Program-made: the position numbers and the translations under genes | Notes under the pieces: model-generated | The model's input: the letters and a program-made list of their open reading frames with translations, nothing else | Databases searched by the model: none | What the model was told of the DNA's origin: nothing | Shown here: in pieces, positions 8,657 through 18,776 of the stretch | Position numbering within the stretch: the stretch's first letter is position 1 | Layout: every line of letters starts with the position of its first letter | Assembly (NCBI GenBank): GCA_965215195.1 | Contig: CBDCDC010000002.1 | Location: forward strand, 3,328,001 to 3,392,000 | Source of the DNA: Candidatus Latescibacterota bacterium | GTDB lineage: Bacteria; Latescibacterota; UBA2968; UBA8231 | DNA length: 64,000 nt | Reading direction: 5' to 3'

Positions 8657-9532
8657 GTGCTCAACCGCCAGAAAGTCCTCTTATTCATGATCGATAGACT
8701 CGGTGGCTCAGTTGACCGATTGCAGCTCACCAAGCTGTGTTTTCTGCTCTCTCGAGAAGCTCCCCATTGCGGTGGAGGCTCCTTCTACCAGTTCGTTCCT
8801 TATAAGTACGGTCCCTTTTCATTTACGCTCTACTACGAAGTAGGATCTCTAGTGCGAGATGGACTGCTCAGCGAACCTGACCCTCGTCGATGGATGCTCA
8901 CGCCAATGGCCAGAAAGACGCTCGCAGGGCTACCCAATCTTCTTGGGACAGACGTCTTGTGGACTGTGGAACAGTATGGAAGGATCTCCTCTTGTGATCT
9001 ACCTGATTTGGTCTATTGGAAATATCCTTGGTTTACCATAAATAGCCAAGATGTTTCAAAGCGTCTTGAGGAACAACCTGTTGTTGATCCCGCCGTGTAC
9101 ACCATCGGATACGAAAAATTGCTCGTCGATGGTTTTTTGAACCATCTCCTGAGAGCCGGAATCCAGACTCTCATAGACGTTCGAGAGAACGCTGTCTCTC
9201 GGCAATACGGCTATCATAGATCTACTCTGAGCAGACTGTGCAGTGGGCTCGCTATCGAGTATCGTCATTACCCAGAACTGGGTGTGCCCAGCAATCATCG
9301 GGCGAACCTGCAGACGCTAGAGGACTATGAGGATCTTTTTCATCTCTATAAGGAAGAAATGCTGCTCCAGCGAATCATCACCTTGAAGGAGGTGACTACG
9401 CTTATAAAAAGAAAGCCGGGTGCATTGATGTGCATGGAGGCGAATCCTACTTTATGCCACAGGTCCATACTGGCGGAGAGGATTGCTCAACAAAACTCTC
9501 TGCCTACCGTCCATCTGGGATGGCCGCGCTGA
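8657..9532 (+). CDS. DUF488 domain protein with N-terminal SocA/Panacea(DUF4065)-like region
   Basis: N-terminal LTKLCFL...FVPYKYGPFS; C-terminal YTIGYE, LIDVR, LMCME...CHRS (DUF488). Confidence 0.8.
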   Translation: MLNRQKVLLFMIDRLGGSVDRLQLTKLCFLLSREAPHCGGGSFYQFVPYKYGPFSFTLYYEVGSLVRDGLLSEPDPRRWMLTPMARKTLAGLPNLLGTDVLWTVEQYGRISSCDLPDLVYWKYPWFTINSQDVSKRLEEQPVVDPAVYTIGYEKLLVDGFLNHLLRAGIQTLIDVRENAVSRQYGYHRSTLSRLCSGLAIEYRHYPELGVPSNHRANLQTLEDYEDLFHLYKEEMLLQRIITLKEVTTLIKRKPGALMCMEANPTLCHRSILAERIAQQNSLPTVHLGWPR

Positions 9533-9541
9533 AGGTCCATC

Positions 9542-10306
9542 ATGGAGCGGACTAAAGAGTACAGAGAAATCGTCTGTACCGCCGGTCTCACGAAAACAGG
9601 AGAGTGGGTACGCCTCTATCCCATCAACCATAGAGACCTTCCGCAATACCAGAAGTTCAGAAAATTTCAATGGATTGAGGTGGGCTTAGATGCACAAGGC
9701 AGTGGAAATGACAGCCGCAGAGAAAGCCGAAGGCCAGATGTGAATTCGATTCGGATCTGTGGATTGCCTCTCCGTCCGGAAAGTAGATGGAAGGAGAGGC
9801 GGAAGATAATCGACTCGCTCCCCCACCATACCCTGAATCAGTTGATGGATCTGTATGAGAAAGATAAAACTTCGCTGGGAATAGTCAGACCTACCCGAGT
9901 GATTGATATCGAAATCGAAGACGACAGTACAGACTGGGATCCGAAATACCAAGCGACATTCGATCAGCTCAATCTATTCGCCGAAGATGATCGAAAACTG
10001 ACTCTGAGAAAAATTCCCTACAAATTCAGCTATGTTTTCGAGTGCGAAGACACCGATAAACCTCATCGTGCGAAGATCACTGATTGGGAGTTGGGGGTAC
10101 TCTGGCTAAAAGAGGCAAAACGGCTAGGCGAAGACGGCAAAGCTGCTGAAAGTGTTCGAGATAAATTCCTGAAGGAACTCTGCTCTCCAGTGAAAGATAC
10201 GCGCTTTTTCATGGGCACAGTTTTTCCATATAATAGTTGGATCGTGGTAGGAGTTTTCTGGCCGCCGAAAGAAGACGCATCCCAATTAGAGTTCGCACTG
10301 AATTAG
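9542..10306 (+). CDS. conserved hypothetical partner of DUF488 (dual-OB-fold-like)
   Basis: VCTAG...GEWVRLYP, D.RRES.RP, SLGIVRP, KIPYKFSYVFEC, DWELG, FFMGT motifs; family recalled as a DUF488 neighbour. Confidence 0.55.
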   Translation: MERTKEYREIVCTAGLTKTGEWVRLYPINHRDLPQYQKFRKFQWIEVGLDAQGSGNDSRRESRRPDVNSIRICGLPLRPESRWKERRKIIDSLPHHTLNQLMDLYEKDKTSLGIVRPTRVIDIEIEDDSTDWDPKYQATFDQLNLFAEDDRKLTLRKIPYKFSYVFECEDTDKPHRAKITDWELGVLWLKEAKRLGEDGKAAESVRDKFLKELCSPVKDTRFFMGTVFPYNSWIVVGVFWPPKEDASQLEFALN

Positions 10307-10321
10307 GACTGAAATGTAACC

Positions 10322-12265
10322 ATGGCTACAAAACCGACAAAATCCAAAGAATCCGTGGCAGCAACCTCCCCGAACTTCGTGGAAGATCGCATCGAGCGAC
10401 TCAGAGCCTTGTTTCCAGAGGCCGTCAGCGAGGGTGAGGTCGATTTTGAAAAACTCCGCCAGTCCTTGGGCGAGATCGCAGACGACCGGCTCGAGCGATA
10501 CGCATTCACTTGGGCAGGTAAGAAAGACGCGATTCGACTCCTGCAGACCCCGAGCCGTGCGACGTTGATTCCGGCACCAGAGGAATCCGTCGACTTCGCC
10601 GCGACCCAGCACCTCTTTCTCGAGGGCGACAACCTCGAAGTCCTCAAACTCCTGTACAAGTGCTATGCCGGCCGGGTGAAGATGATCTACATTGACCCAC
10701 CATACAACACAGGCAAGGACTTCGTATATCCCGACAACTTCGCCGATCCGCTGGACACCTATCTCAAGATCACGGGCCAGAAGGACGATAATGGCAATCA
10801 CCTTTCGAGCAACTTGGAGACCAATGGGCACTATCATTCGGCATGGCTCAATATGATGTATCCCCGGCTTTTCGTCGCCCGTCAGTTGCTCAGTGAAGAG
10901 GGTGTTATATTCGTATCGATTGATGATCGTGAACTAGCAAACTTACGACTGTTAATGAACGAAATTTTTGGAGAAGAGAATTTCGTATCGGAACTGGTGT
11001 GGAATCTTGGCACGGGGACAGAGGCCGGTCACTTTACTAGATCACATGAATACATCCTTGTATATGCAAGAAGTAAGCCTGCTTTACCCTATTTTCCGAC
11101 AATTGACCGTACGCCAATTAAACATGGTGCACTTAAAAAGATCTCTCGTGCAAACCCTGCAAGCGAGATCACTTTTCCAGCAGGAATGGGCTTCGAAGGC
11201 AAAGATGCTACATTTTTTGGGGAACTTGGAGGGTCTGAGAAACAGATAATCGTAAGTGATAAGATGATATTTGAAAACGGAAAGCTCAAGATGCCTGTGA
11301 CTTTAAGAGCTGGTTGGGCCATGAAGAACCAGATACTATCGTGGCTCTCGGATGAGGAAACCTTTGATAGCAAAGGGCAAAAAGTCAAACAATTCTACTT
11401 CAATTCTCAGGGAATTCTTTGGTACGAAAAAGAAAGAGGGACCAAGCATCCCAAAACAGTTATAAACAACATTGCGAAAACAAAGGATGGGACAAATGAA
11501 ATGAAGTCATTTTTTGGGCAGAGCTTGGTCGATTATCCTAAACCGGTTGAATTGGTCAAGTTTTTAATTAGCCTAAATACTCAAAGCAATGATATCGTCT
11601 TCGACTTCTTTGCTGGTTCGAGCACGACCGCTCAAGCCGTACTCGATCTCAACCGCGAGGATGGCGGCAATCGGCGTTTTATTATGGTGCAACTTCCAGA
11701 GCCAACTAAAGAGAAGTCGTCCGCCAAAAAGGCCGGCTTTGACACCATTGCTGATATCGGCAAAGAGCGCATTCGCCGCGTCATCAACAGGATGAATGAC
11801 GAGAAGAATGGCGAACTTCCGCTCCAAGACCACCCAACTCCGGAGGATCTCGGCTTCAAGGTCTTTAAGCTAGCCGAAAGCAACTACCGTCAGTGGACCG
11901 GGGTGGAAGAGAAAGACCCTAAAAAATACATCCAGACGTTGGAACTATTCGAGGATCCGCTTCTGCCGGGCTGGGAGGCAGAAAATGTGCGGTACGAAGT
12001 CGCCCTCAAGGAAGGCTACAGCCTCAACGCCGGGATTGAGGAACTCACGGAAATCAAGACCAATACCATTCACCGCGTTATGGATGCAGAAAAAGATCAG
12101 TTCTTCTATATTTGTCTCGATCCCAAGTTCGAACTCCAAACCGTCAAGACGCTGGAAGTGAAACTGGGATTGGAACTTGACGACCTGCTCATTGTCCGCG
12201 ATGTTGCCCTCACGGATGAACTGGCGAACAATATCGTGCAGTACTGTCGGCTCAAGGTCATATGA
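10322..12265 (+). CDS. mod: Type III R-M methyltransferase (Mod)
   Basis: EGDNLEVLK, IYIDPPYNTG, HSAWLNMMYPRL, YPKP, DFFAGSSTT; AT-rich central TRD; ATGA overlap with res. Confidence 0.93.
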   Translation: MATKPTKSKESVAATSPNFVEDRIERLRALFPEAVSEGEVDFEKLRQSLGEIADDRLERYAFTWAGKKDAIRLLQTPSRATLIPAPEESVDFAATQHLFLEGDNLEVLKLLYKCYAGRVKMIYIDPPYNTGKDFVYPDNFADPLDTYLKITGQKDDNGNHLSSNLETNGHYHSAWLNMMYPRLFVARQLLSEEGVIFVSIDDRELANLRLLMNEIFGEENFVSELVWNLGTGTEAGHFTRSHEYILVYARSKPALPYFPTIDRTPIKHGALKKISRANPASEITFPAGMGFEGKDATFFGELGGSEKQIIVSDKMIFENGKLKMPVTLRAGWAMKNQILSWLSDEETFDSKGQKVKQFYFNSQGILWYEKERGTKHPKTVINNIAKTKDGTNEMKSFFGQSLVDYPKPVELVKFLISLNTQSNDIVFDFFAGSSTTAQAVLDLNREDGGNRRFIMVQLPEPTKEKSSAKKAGFDTIADIGKERIRRVINRMNDEKNGELPLQDHPTPEDLGFKVFKLAESNYRQWTGVEEKDPKKYIQTLELFEDPLLPGWEAENVRYEVALKEGYSLNAGIEELTEIKTNTIHRVMDAEKDQFFYICLDPKFELQTVKTLEVKLGLELDDLLIVRDVALTDELANNIVQYCRLKVI

Positions 12266-15081
12266 AATTTAAGTTCGACCCCAATCAAGCATACCAAGTC
12301 CAAGCTGTTGAGGCGGCGGTGGAGCTCCTGCGAGGCCAACCTCGCTTTGAGGCCGCAGTGCCATTCCAATTCGGCACTCTCTCGGCCGTGGCCAATCACC
12401 TCGATTTAACCCAAGTAGCTCTGCTCAAAAATCTCCAGCGCGTCCAAGCCCGTAACCACATCACCCCGGACCAAGCACTCCAGCGCATCGAGGCGGAAAT
12501 CGAGACCGCAAGGGGAAACCACACTGTCCGATTCCCTAATTTCTCCATTGAGATGGAGACCGGTACGGGCAAGACGTATGTATACTTACGCACCATCTTG
12601 GAACTCCATAAACGCTACGGCCTGCGCAAGTTCATTGTGGTAGTGCCTTCGGTAGCGGTGCGCGAGGGAGTACTCAAAACCCTGAGCATTACCCAAGACC
12701 ACTTTGTTCGCTACTATGGCAACCCGATCCTGCGCTATTACCAGTACGACTCCGCGAATCTGTCCCAAGTGCGCCAGTTTGCCCTGTCGGATGCCATTGA
12801 AATCATGGTTATGACCATTGGTTCTTTCAATAGGTCCGCCAATGTCATCCGTCAGAGCATGGACCGGCTCCAAGGCGAGACCCCGCTCCATCTCATTCAG
12901 ACTGCCCGCCCCATCCTCATTCTCGACGAACCCCAGAACATGGAGAGCGAAAAGAGTATCGCGGCCCTCTCTTCGCTCAATCCCTTATTCGCCTTACGCT
13001 ACAGCGCCACTCACCGCAATCCCTACAACCTCGTCAACCGGCTCACGCCGTACGAGGCCTATCGCCAAGGCTTGGTTAAGCGCATTGAGGTGGACGCTGT
13101 CGTCGCTGAAAACGACGCCAACCAAGTCTTTATTCGAGTCGAGGATATCCAGACGCGAAAACGCACACTGATGACGCGTCTGGCCGTGCATCGGCTCCTG
13201 AAAAGCGGGCAGGTCAAAGAAGTGGTGGTCACGGTCAAGCCTGGCGACTCGCTGGAACAGAAGACCAGCCGCCCCGAATACCAAGGCTTTGAGATCGACG
13301 AAATCAACTTCGGCTTGGGTTTTGTCCGCTTTGCCAACAATGTCGAGTTGCAACTGGGCGAGGAGCAGGGCACGGACAAAGAAGCCATCTTCAAAGCGCA
13401 AATTTACCATACCATTGAGGAACACTTCAGAAAACAGGCCCGCCTTAGAGCGCGGGGTATCAAGGTGCTCTCGCTTTTCTTTATTGACCGGGTCGGCAAC
13501 TATATCGAGGAGGATGGCCTCGTCCGCCGCCTCTTCAACCAGTCCTTCGCCGCGCTCAAGGGACGCTATCCAGATTGGCAAGATGTAGAGCCGGAGGATG
13601 TGCAGACGGGGTATTTTGCACAGAAGCAGCGCAAAGGTGGAGTAGTCGAGATCTTGGACTCGAGATCGGGCGAAACGCGGGAGGATGAGGCGGCCTACGA
13701 TCTGATTATGAAGGACAAGGAAGCCCTGCTCTCATTTCCAGCGGCCAGTGACGATGAGGAAACCAAACGCAAAAAGCAGGTGAGTTTTATCTTTTCGCAC
13801 TCGGCCTTGCGCGAGGGATGGGACAATCCCAATGTCTTCCAGATATGCACCTTGAATCAATCCGTCTCATCCGTCAAAAAGCGCCAAGAGGTCGGCCGCG
13901 GCGTGCGGCTGGCCGTAGATCAGACCGGCGAACGAATCCACGACGAGCAGGTCAATATTCTCACCGTGATAGCCAATGAGAGCTATCGCCGGTACGTGGA
14001 AACCCTCCAGAGCGAGATTGCCTTTGAGTATCAAGAGGAGATTGAGGCCCGCTTTGGTAAGTCCCTAACGGATTTGAGCGCAGAGGAACGGCGAAGGGTC
14101 GAAGAGGAATACGGCCAAGAGATTCTGCCGCCCCCGCCTCGGCAGGCCGGTGCCTCCAAAGCCAAGTTGCAAAGGGCACGGGTGTTGAATCCCGGATTTG
14201 AGGAACTGTGGGAGCGGATTAAGCAGAAAACCCGCTACACCCTTTCCATAAATGCCGAACAGCTTTTAGACGAGGTAGTGGCTGAGATCAATAAAGGCGA
14301 CATTTCGGCACCGCGCGTAACCATTACTAGGGCGTCTGTGCAGGTGGATGATCGGGCCAGCGCGTTTGAGGCTCTCCAGAGGAGCGCAGTCAAGACGGTG
14401 GCCTACCTAGCGGGCCGTTTTCCCTTGCCCAATCTCATCGACGTCATGGCGAATCTACTGGAGTACACGGCTCCACCCATCCGGCTCACGCGCCGCATAT
14501 TGCTCGAAATCCTCCGTCGCGTCGAGGATCGACAGGCGGCCGTGGAGAATCCGCATGAGTTTGCCACCCTAGCCATCGCTACCCTCAAGGAGAAATTGGC
14601 CGATCACTTGATGCACGGCATTCGCTACGAAAAGATCGGTCAGTGGTACGAGATGTCGCAGATCTTGGACGAGGATGAAATCGAACTCTTCAGCAAGCAC
14701 ACCCAGAGTAGCCAGAAAGCACCTTATGACTTCATTCCCTGCGATTCAGAGGTGGAACGTCAATTCGTTGAGGAGTTGGAGGGTAGGAGCGATGTGAAAC
14801 TCTATGCAAAACTGCCGGCATGGTTCACGGTGCCCACCCCCATAGGCGACTACAACCCGGACTGGGCTGTGGTTATTGCGGACGGAGACGGTAAGGACAC
14901 CCTGTACTTGGTCGCCGAAACCAAATCCACCCTCCACTTCGACGACCTCCGGCCCGATGAGCGCCGCAAAATCTACTGCGGTGCCGCCCATTTCGGCTCT
15001 ACCCAACCCCCAATCGTCCGCGACGGTGCCCTGGAGGGGATCAGCTACAAGGTCGTAACTTCTGCCAGCGAACTGCCGTGA
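12262..15081 (+). CDS. res: Type III R-M restriction subunit (Res)
   Basis: EMETGTGKT, LDEPQ, RYSATH, LREGWDNPNVFQIC, QEVGRG.RL; C-terminal YNPDWA...ETK nuclease. Confidence 0.93.
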   Translation: MKFKFDPNQAYQVQAVEAAVELLRGQPRFEAAVPFQFGTLSAVANHLDLTQVALLKNLQRVQARNHITPDQALQRIEAEIETARGNHTVRFPNFSIEMETGTGKTYVYLRTILELHKRYGLRKFIVVVPSVAVREGVLKTLSITQDHFVRYYGNPILRYYQYDSANLSQVRQFALSDAIEIMVMTIGSFNRSANVIRQSMDRLQGETPLHLIQTARPILILDEPQNMESEKSIAALSSLNPLFALRYSATHRNPYNLVNRLTPYEAYRQGLVKRIEVDAVVAENDANQVFIRVEDIQTRKRTLMTRLAVHRLLKSGQVKEVVVTVKPGDSLEQKTSRPEYQGFEIDEINFGLGFVRFANNVELQLGEEQGTDKEAIFKAQIYHTIEEHFRKQARLRARGIKVLSLFFIDRVGNYIEEDGLVRRLFNQSFAALKGRYPDWQDVEPEDVQTGYFAQKQRKGGVVEILDSRSGETREDEAAYDLIMKDKEALLSFPAASDDEETKRKKQVSFIFSHSALREGWDNPNVFQICTLNQSVSSVKKRQEVGRGVRLAVDQTGERIHDEQVNILTVIANESYRRYVETLQSEIAFEYQEEIEARFGKSLTDLSAEERRRVEEEYGQEILPPPPRQAGASKAKLQRARVLNPGFEELWERIKQKTRYTLSINAEQLLDEVVAEINKGDISAPRVTITRASVQVDDRASAFEALQRSAVKTVAYLAGRFPLPNLIDVMANLLEYTAPPIRLTRRILLEILRRVEDRQAAVENPHEFATLAIATLKEKLADHLMHGIRYEKIGQWYEMSQILDEDEIELFSKHTQSSQKAPYDFIPCDSEVERQFVEELEGRSDVKLYAKLPAWFTVPTPIGDYNPDWAVVIADGDGKDTLYLVAETKSTLHFDDLRPDERRKIYCGAAHFGSTQPPIVRDGALEGISYKVVTSASELP

Positions 15082-15100
15082 TGTTGGATGAATGGGACGC

Positions 15101-15120
15101 AACGTATATAAACGTATATA
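15101..15120. repeat. 2x AACGTATATA direct repeat upstream of the Rieske gene
   Basis: Perfect 10 bp tandem duplication about 30 nt before the RBS GAGGAGG. Confidence 0.7.
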
Positions 15121-15152
15121 TATGAAATCTACTACTGTAAAGAGGAGGTGCC

Positions 15153-16883
15153 ATGTCCGCACAGAAAACCCAGTGGGTAAACGCCGCTCCGCTCGAATCC
15201 GTGCCGCCGGGCCAAGCCCGGGCCGTGCGATTGGGCCGCGAGCGCAGCATTGCTTTGTTCAACGAGGGAAAAAATATCTACGCCACCGACAACCAGTGCC
15301 CCCACATGGGGTATCCGCTAGTGCGCGGCGTGGTGCGGCACGGGGTGCTCACCTGCGACTGGCACGGCCGCAGTTTCGACTTGGAGGGCGGCGGTTGTTT
15401 CAACCGCGAGTGCGACGATCTGCAGACTTTTGCCGTGGAGGTGCGCGGGCCCGATATCTGGGTTGAGGTGCCCGAGCCGAGCTATCGGCGGCGCGAAGAA
15501 CACCTGAGTCTCCTGTGGGAGGGCCTGTTGAGTTGCGACCGCTGGACCCAGTCCAAGGCCATCGCCCTGCTGTTGCGCGGAGACGTGCCCCAAGACGATA
15601 TCGTGGAGTTGGTCGTGCGCCACTTGGGCCGCCACATCGCCAGTTCCCACGGGGCCGAGGGAGGCCAAGACGTGGTCCTCCTGCTGTCCGGCCTCCAAGT
15701 GGGGAGGCACTACGAGGGAGCAGATCGCCTGATCGCCTTGACCACGGCGGCCGGAGCCGCGGCCGGGGGAGCGGCCGAGCGCTTGGATGTGGTCCCCCTG
15801 CCCGATCCGGTCGATTGGGCCTCCATTGCGCGTTGGGTGCGCGCTTTTTCCCGCGACAGCCAAGCCGGGCGCATTGAACGCTGTCTGTTCACCGCTGGCC
15901 ACGCCGGGCATCAGGAGAAAATTCTCCCCCTGCTCTTCGGCTGCGCGACGGCCCCCTACTTTCTCGGCTTTGCCGACCACGTCATCTATCTGCACCACTT
16001 GGCCCGAGTACAGGAGGAATTCGGCTGGGATCGGGCCGGGGAGTTGGTTTTCAACTTAGGGGCCAAGCTGGTGGGTCGGGGTCGGGGCGAGCCTGAGCGC
16101 TTTCGCCGGGACGCCATTGCCCTCATGGGCGATATGGAGCCGATCTTGGCCCAAGCCCGAGCCGGCGACCCGGAGGTCCCCTACGACGAAGACAGCTTGG
16201 CCAAGGCCCTATTGAGCGCCGATTTGGAGACCGCTTTTGGTGCCTTGACCCAGCAGCTAGAGGCCGGAGTTAGTCTCGACCGCCTCATCGACACCTGCCT
16301 GCTGCTGGCGGCCGACCGCATGGCCCGGGTGCCGGTGAACGTGGAGGCGAGCTGGCCCTGCCTCACCCGGGAATTCAACTTGGCCGCGGCCCTGCGCACC
16401 GTGCGGTGCTACGGAGGCCCTGCGGCCGCGGCCCGGGGGCTGGTCCACGCGGCTTGGCAGTTTTTCGACGACCGCTGGCTCAACATTCCCTTCCGCCCTC
16501 TGAGCGAGCCTTTGACCACCTCGGCGACCGCAGAGGATCCAGCGTCCATTGTGGAGGCCATTCAGACGCTCAATGTCCAAGAGGTAGGGGGCCGCGTCTT
16601 GGCCTATGGACTGTCCGGCCACCCGGGAGAACCCCTGCTAGAAGCCATGGGCCGGGCCATCCTGTGGGACGACACGGCCCATCAGTTACTCCCCACGCTG
16701 GGGACCGTCTTTGCGGAGTGGGAGCATTTTGCCAACAGCGACCACCCGGCCCGGCTGCAAATTTTGGCGGGACTAGCCCGCTTTGCCACGGATGTGTGCA
16801 CCAACAAAGACAGCGGCTCGGCCGCCCGCGCCGCCCTGCGCTTTGCCCAAGGCCACACGGCCGTAGATATCTTTGACGACTAA
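15153..16883 (+). CDS. Rieske [2Fe-2S] ferredoxin domain plus long alpha-helical domain, paralogue 1
   Basis: NQCPHMGYPL...LTCDWHG Rieske ligands; ~470 aa helical C-terminus; strong RBS. Confidence 0.85.
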   Translation: MSAQKTQWVNAAPLESVPPGQARAVRLGRERSIALFNEGKNIYATDNQCPHMGYPLVRGVVRHGVLTCDWHGRSFDLEGGGCFNRECDDLQTFAVEVRGPDIWVEVPEPSYRRREEHLSLLWEGLLSCDRWTQSKAIALLLRGDVPQDDIVELVVRHLGRHIASSHGAEGGQDVVLLLSGLQVGRHYEGADRLIALTTAAGAAAGGAAERLDVVPLPDPVDWASIARWVRAFSRDSQAGRIERCLFTAGHAGHQEKILPLLFGCATAPYFLGFADHVIYLHHLARVQEEFGWDRAGELVFNLGAKLVGRGRGEPERFRRDAIALMGDMEPILAQARAGDPEVPYDEDSLAKALLSADLETAFGALTQQLEAGVSLDRLIDTCLLLAADRMARVPVNVEASWPCLTREFNLAAALRTVRCYGGPAAAARGLVHAAWQFFDDRWLNIPFRPLSEPLTTSATAEDPASIVEAIQTLNVQEVGGRVLAYGLSGHPGEPLLEAMGRAILWDDTAHQLLPTLGTVFAEWEHFANSDHPARLQILAGLARFATDVCTNKDSGSAARAALRFAQGHTAVDIFDD

Positions 16884-16893
16884 GGAGAAAAAT

Positions 16894-18621
16894 ATGTCCG
16901 AACAAGCGAGTACTTTTGTACCGGTGGCCCGCGCCGACGAGGTAGAGGAGGGGCGGCCCAAGGCCGTGCGGATCGAGGGCCGCAGCGTGGCACTCTTTCG
17001 CCACCAAGGCACCTTGTACGCCACGGACAACCAATGTCCGCACATGGGCTACCCCCTCACCCGGGGGCGGGTGCGCAATGGCGTACTCACCTGCGACTGG
17101 CACGGCTGGAGCTACGACATGCGGGGCGGTGGCTGTTTCACCGGGGGCTGCGACGATCTGGACACTTATCCGGTGGAAGAGCGCAACGGCCAAGTATTCG
17201 TCGATGTGGCCGCGGCCAACTCCAAGCGCAAAGACGCCCACTTCCTGCTCCTGAAGGAAGGCCTGCTCAGCGGCGACAACTGGACCTTGTCCAAAGCCAT
17301 CGCCATTCTGCTGGCCCGGGGGGTCTCCGAGGATGAGACGCTGAACCTGCTGATGGAGCACATGGGCCGCTTTATCGCCACCGAGCGCGGCCCCGACGGA
17401 GGCCGCGACGTGGCCCTGCTGGTCAACGGCGTAAAGGTGGCCCGCCTGTACGAGCCGGCTGACCGCCTCATCCCGCTCATGATGGCGGCCTCCGGGGCCG
17501 CGGGCCGGGCCGGGGACCGCCCCCAGATCCACCCGCTACCGCAACCAATAACTTGGGACAAACTGGCCCGCTGGATCCGCGTCTTCAGCACCGACAAGAC
17601 TTGGGAAGGCATTGAGAAGTGCTTGGTGACCGCTCGGCATTTGGGCGACTGCGACGACCGCATTGTGCCGCTGTTGTACGAGTGCGCGGTCGAGTCTTAT
17701 TTGCTGGGCATGACCGACAATCTGATCCACTTGGGCTATCTGGCCGAGTTGCTGGAGGAATTCGGCTGGGACCGGGCCCAACTCTTGGTGTGCAATCTGG
17801 CCGCCAAAATGCTGGGCCGCAATCGGCCAGCTCCTCACGAGGCCCGCCGAGAGGCCATAGACTTGTTCGCCGAGGTGGAGCCGGTGGTCGCCCAGTACGC
17901 GTCCGGTTCCGGGGATTTCGACGCGGATCGGCTGGCCGCCGGCTTGGTCAGCGGCGATTTGGAAGAGACCTTTGGGGCGGTGACGCGGGTGCTAAAAGCG
18001 GGTGCCGATATCGAGCAGGTGGTTTCCACCATGGTGCTGTTGGCGGCCGACCGCATGGCCCGCACGCCGGTGAATATGAGCCCCGGCTGGGGCGATTTGA
18101 ACCGCGAATTGATCCTGTCGGCGTCCGTGCGCACGGCTCGGCGTTGCGCCGGCGATCAGGTGGCAGCCCGCGCCTTGTACCACGCGGCTTGGCAATTCTT
18201 CGACAACCGCTGGCTCAACATCGCGCCCCGGCCCTTGAGGGCGCACCCGGCCCCGCAAGAGGCTTCTACTGGCCAAGACGAGGCCCTGGCCGCGGTGATC
18301 GAGGCGATTGAGACCATCCAGATCCGCGAGGTGGGCCGCTTGGTGCGCGAGTACTTGCAGCGCGGCTTTGACGGGGGCTACCTGCTGCGCGAATTGGGCC
18401 AGACCATCCTCAGGGACGACAATGGCTGGAATTTGCTGCACGCCTTGCGCACGGTCAGCGAGGAGTGGAGCCGTTGCGCTGGTCATCCTGCCCGGGGGCA
18501 GTTGCTGGTGGGGCTGGCCCGGTGGGCTACGGATGTGCGGCGCAATACCGGGAGTCAGTCGGCCGTGCAGACGGCGCAGCGCTTTGCCCGGGGCGAGACC
18601 GCAGTGGAGCTGTACGAGTAG
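16894..18621 (+). CDS. Rieske [2Fe-2S] ferredoxin domain plus long alpha-helical domain, paralogue 2
   Basis: Same NQCPHMGYPL/CDWHG/CDDL motifs; shares WT.SKAIA, LLAADRMAR, HAAWQFFD.RWLNI with paralogue 1; ATG 16894 after AAGGAG. Confidence 0.85.
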   Translation: MSEQASTFVPVARADEVEEGRPKAVRIEGRSVALFRHQGTLYATDNQCPHMGYPLTRGRVRNGVLTCDWHGWSYDMRGGGCFTGGCDDLDTYPVEERNGQVFVDVAAANSKRKDAHFLLLKEGLLSGDNWTLSKAIAILLARGVSEDETLNLLMEHMGRFIATERGPDGGRDVALLVNGVKVARLYEPADRLIPLMMAASGAAGRAGDRPQIHPLPQPITWDKLARWIRVFSTDKTWEGIEKCLVTARHLGDCDDRIVPLLYECAVESYLLGMTDNLIHLGYLAELLEEFGWDRAQLLVCNLAAKMLGRNRPAPHEARREAIDLFAEVEPVVAQYASGSGDFDADRLAAGLVSGDLEETFGAVTRVLKAGADIEQVVSTMVLLAADRMARTPVNMSPGWGDLNRELILSASVRTARRCAGDQVAARALYHAAWQFFDNRWLNIAPRPLRAHPAPQEASTGQDEALAAVIEAIETIQIREVGRLVREYLQRGFDGGYLLRELGQTILRDDNGWNLLHALRTVSEEWSRCAGHPARGQLLVGLARWATDVRRNTGSQSAVQTAQRFARGETAVELYE

Positions 18622-18678
18622 GGAGCGGTGGGGAACGAGGAACAGACTTGGTCCAAAACCCTCGGCGGACCGCGTTTT

Positions 18679-18699
18679 TCGAGGGCGAGACGCCCTCGA
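18679..18699. repeat. REP-like palindrome between convergent genes
   Basis: TCGAGGGCG-AGA-CGCCCTCGA perfect 9 bp stem, no clear U-tract. Confidence 0.55.
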
Positions 18700-18776
18700 T
18701 CCTAGATTTTCTGCACACAAGGGACGATACCCGGAATTTTCAGACAGATTGTGCGGCCGGTGACGGAGCGCAAAAC

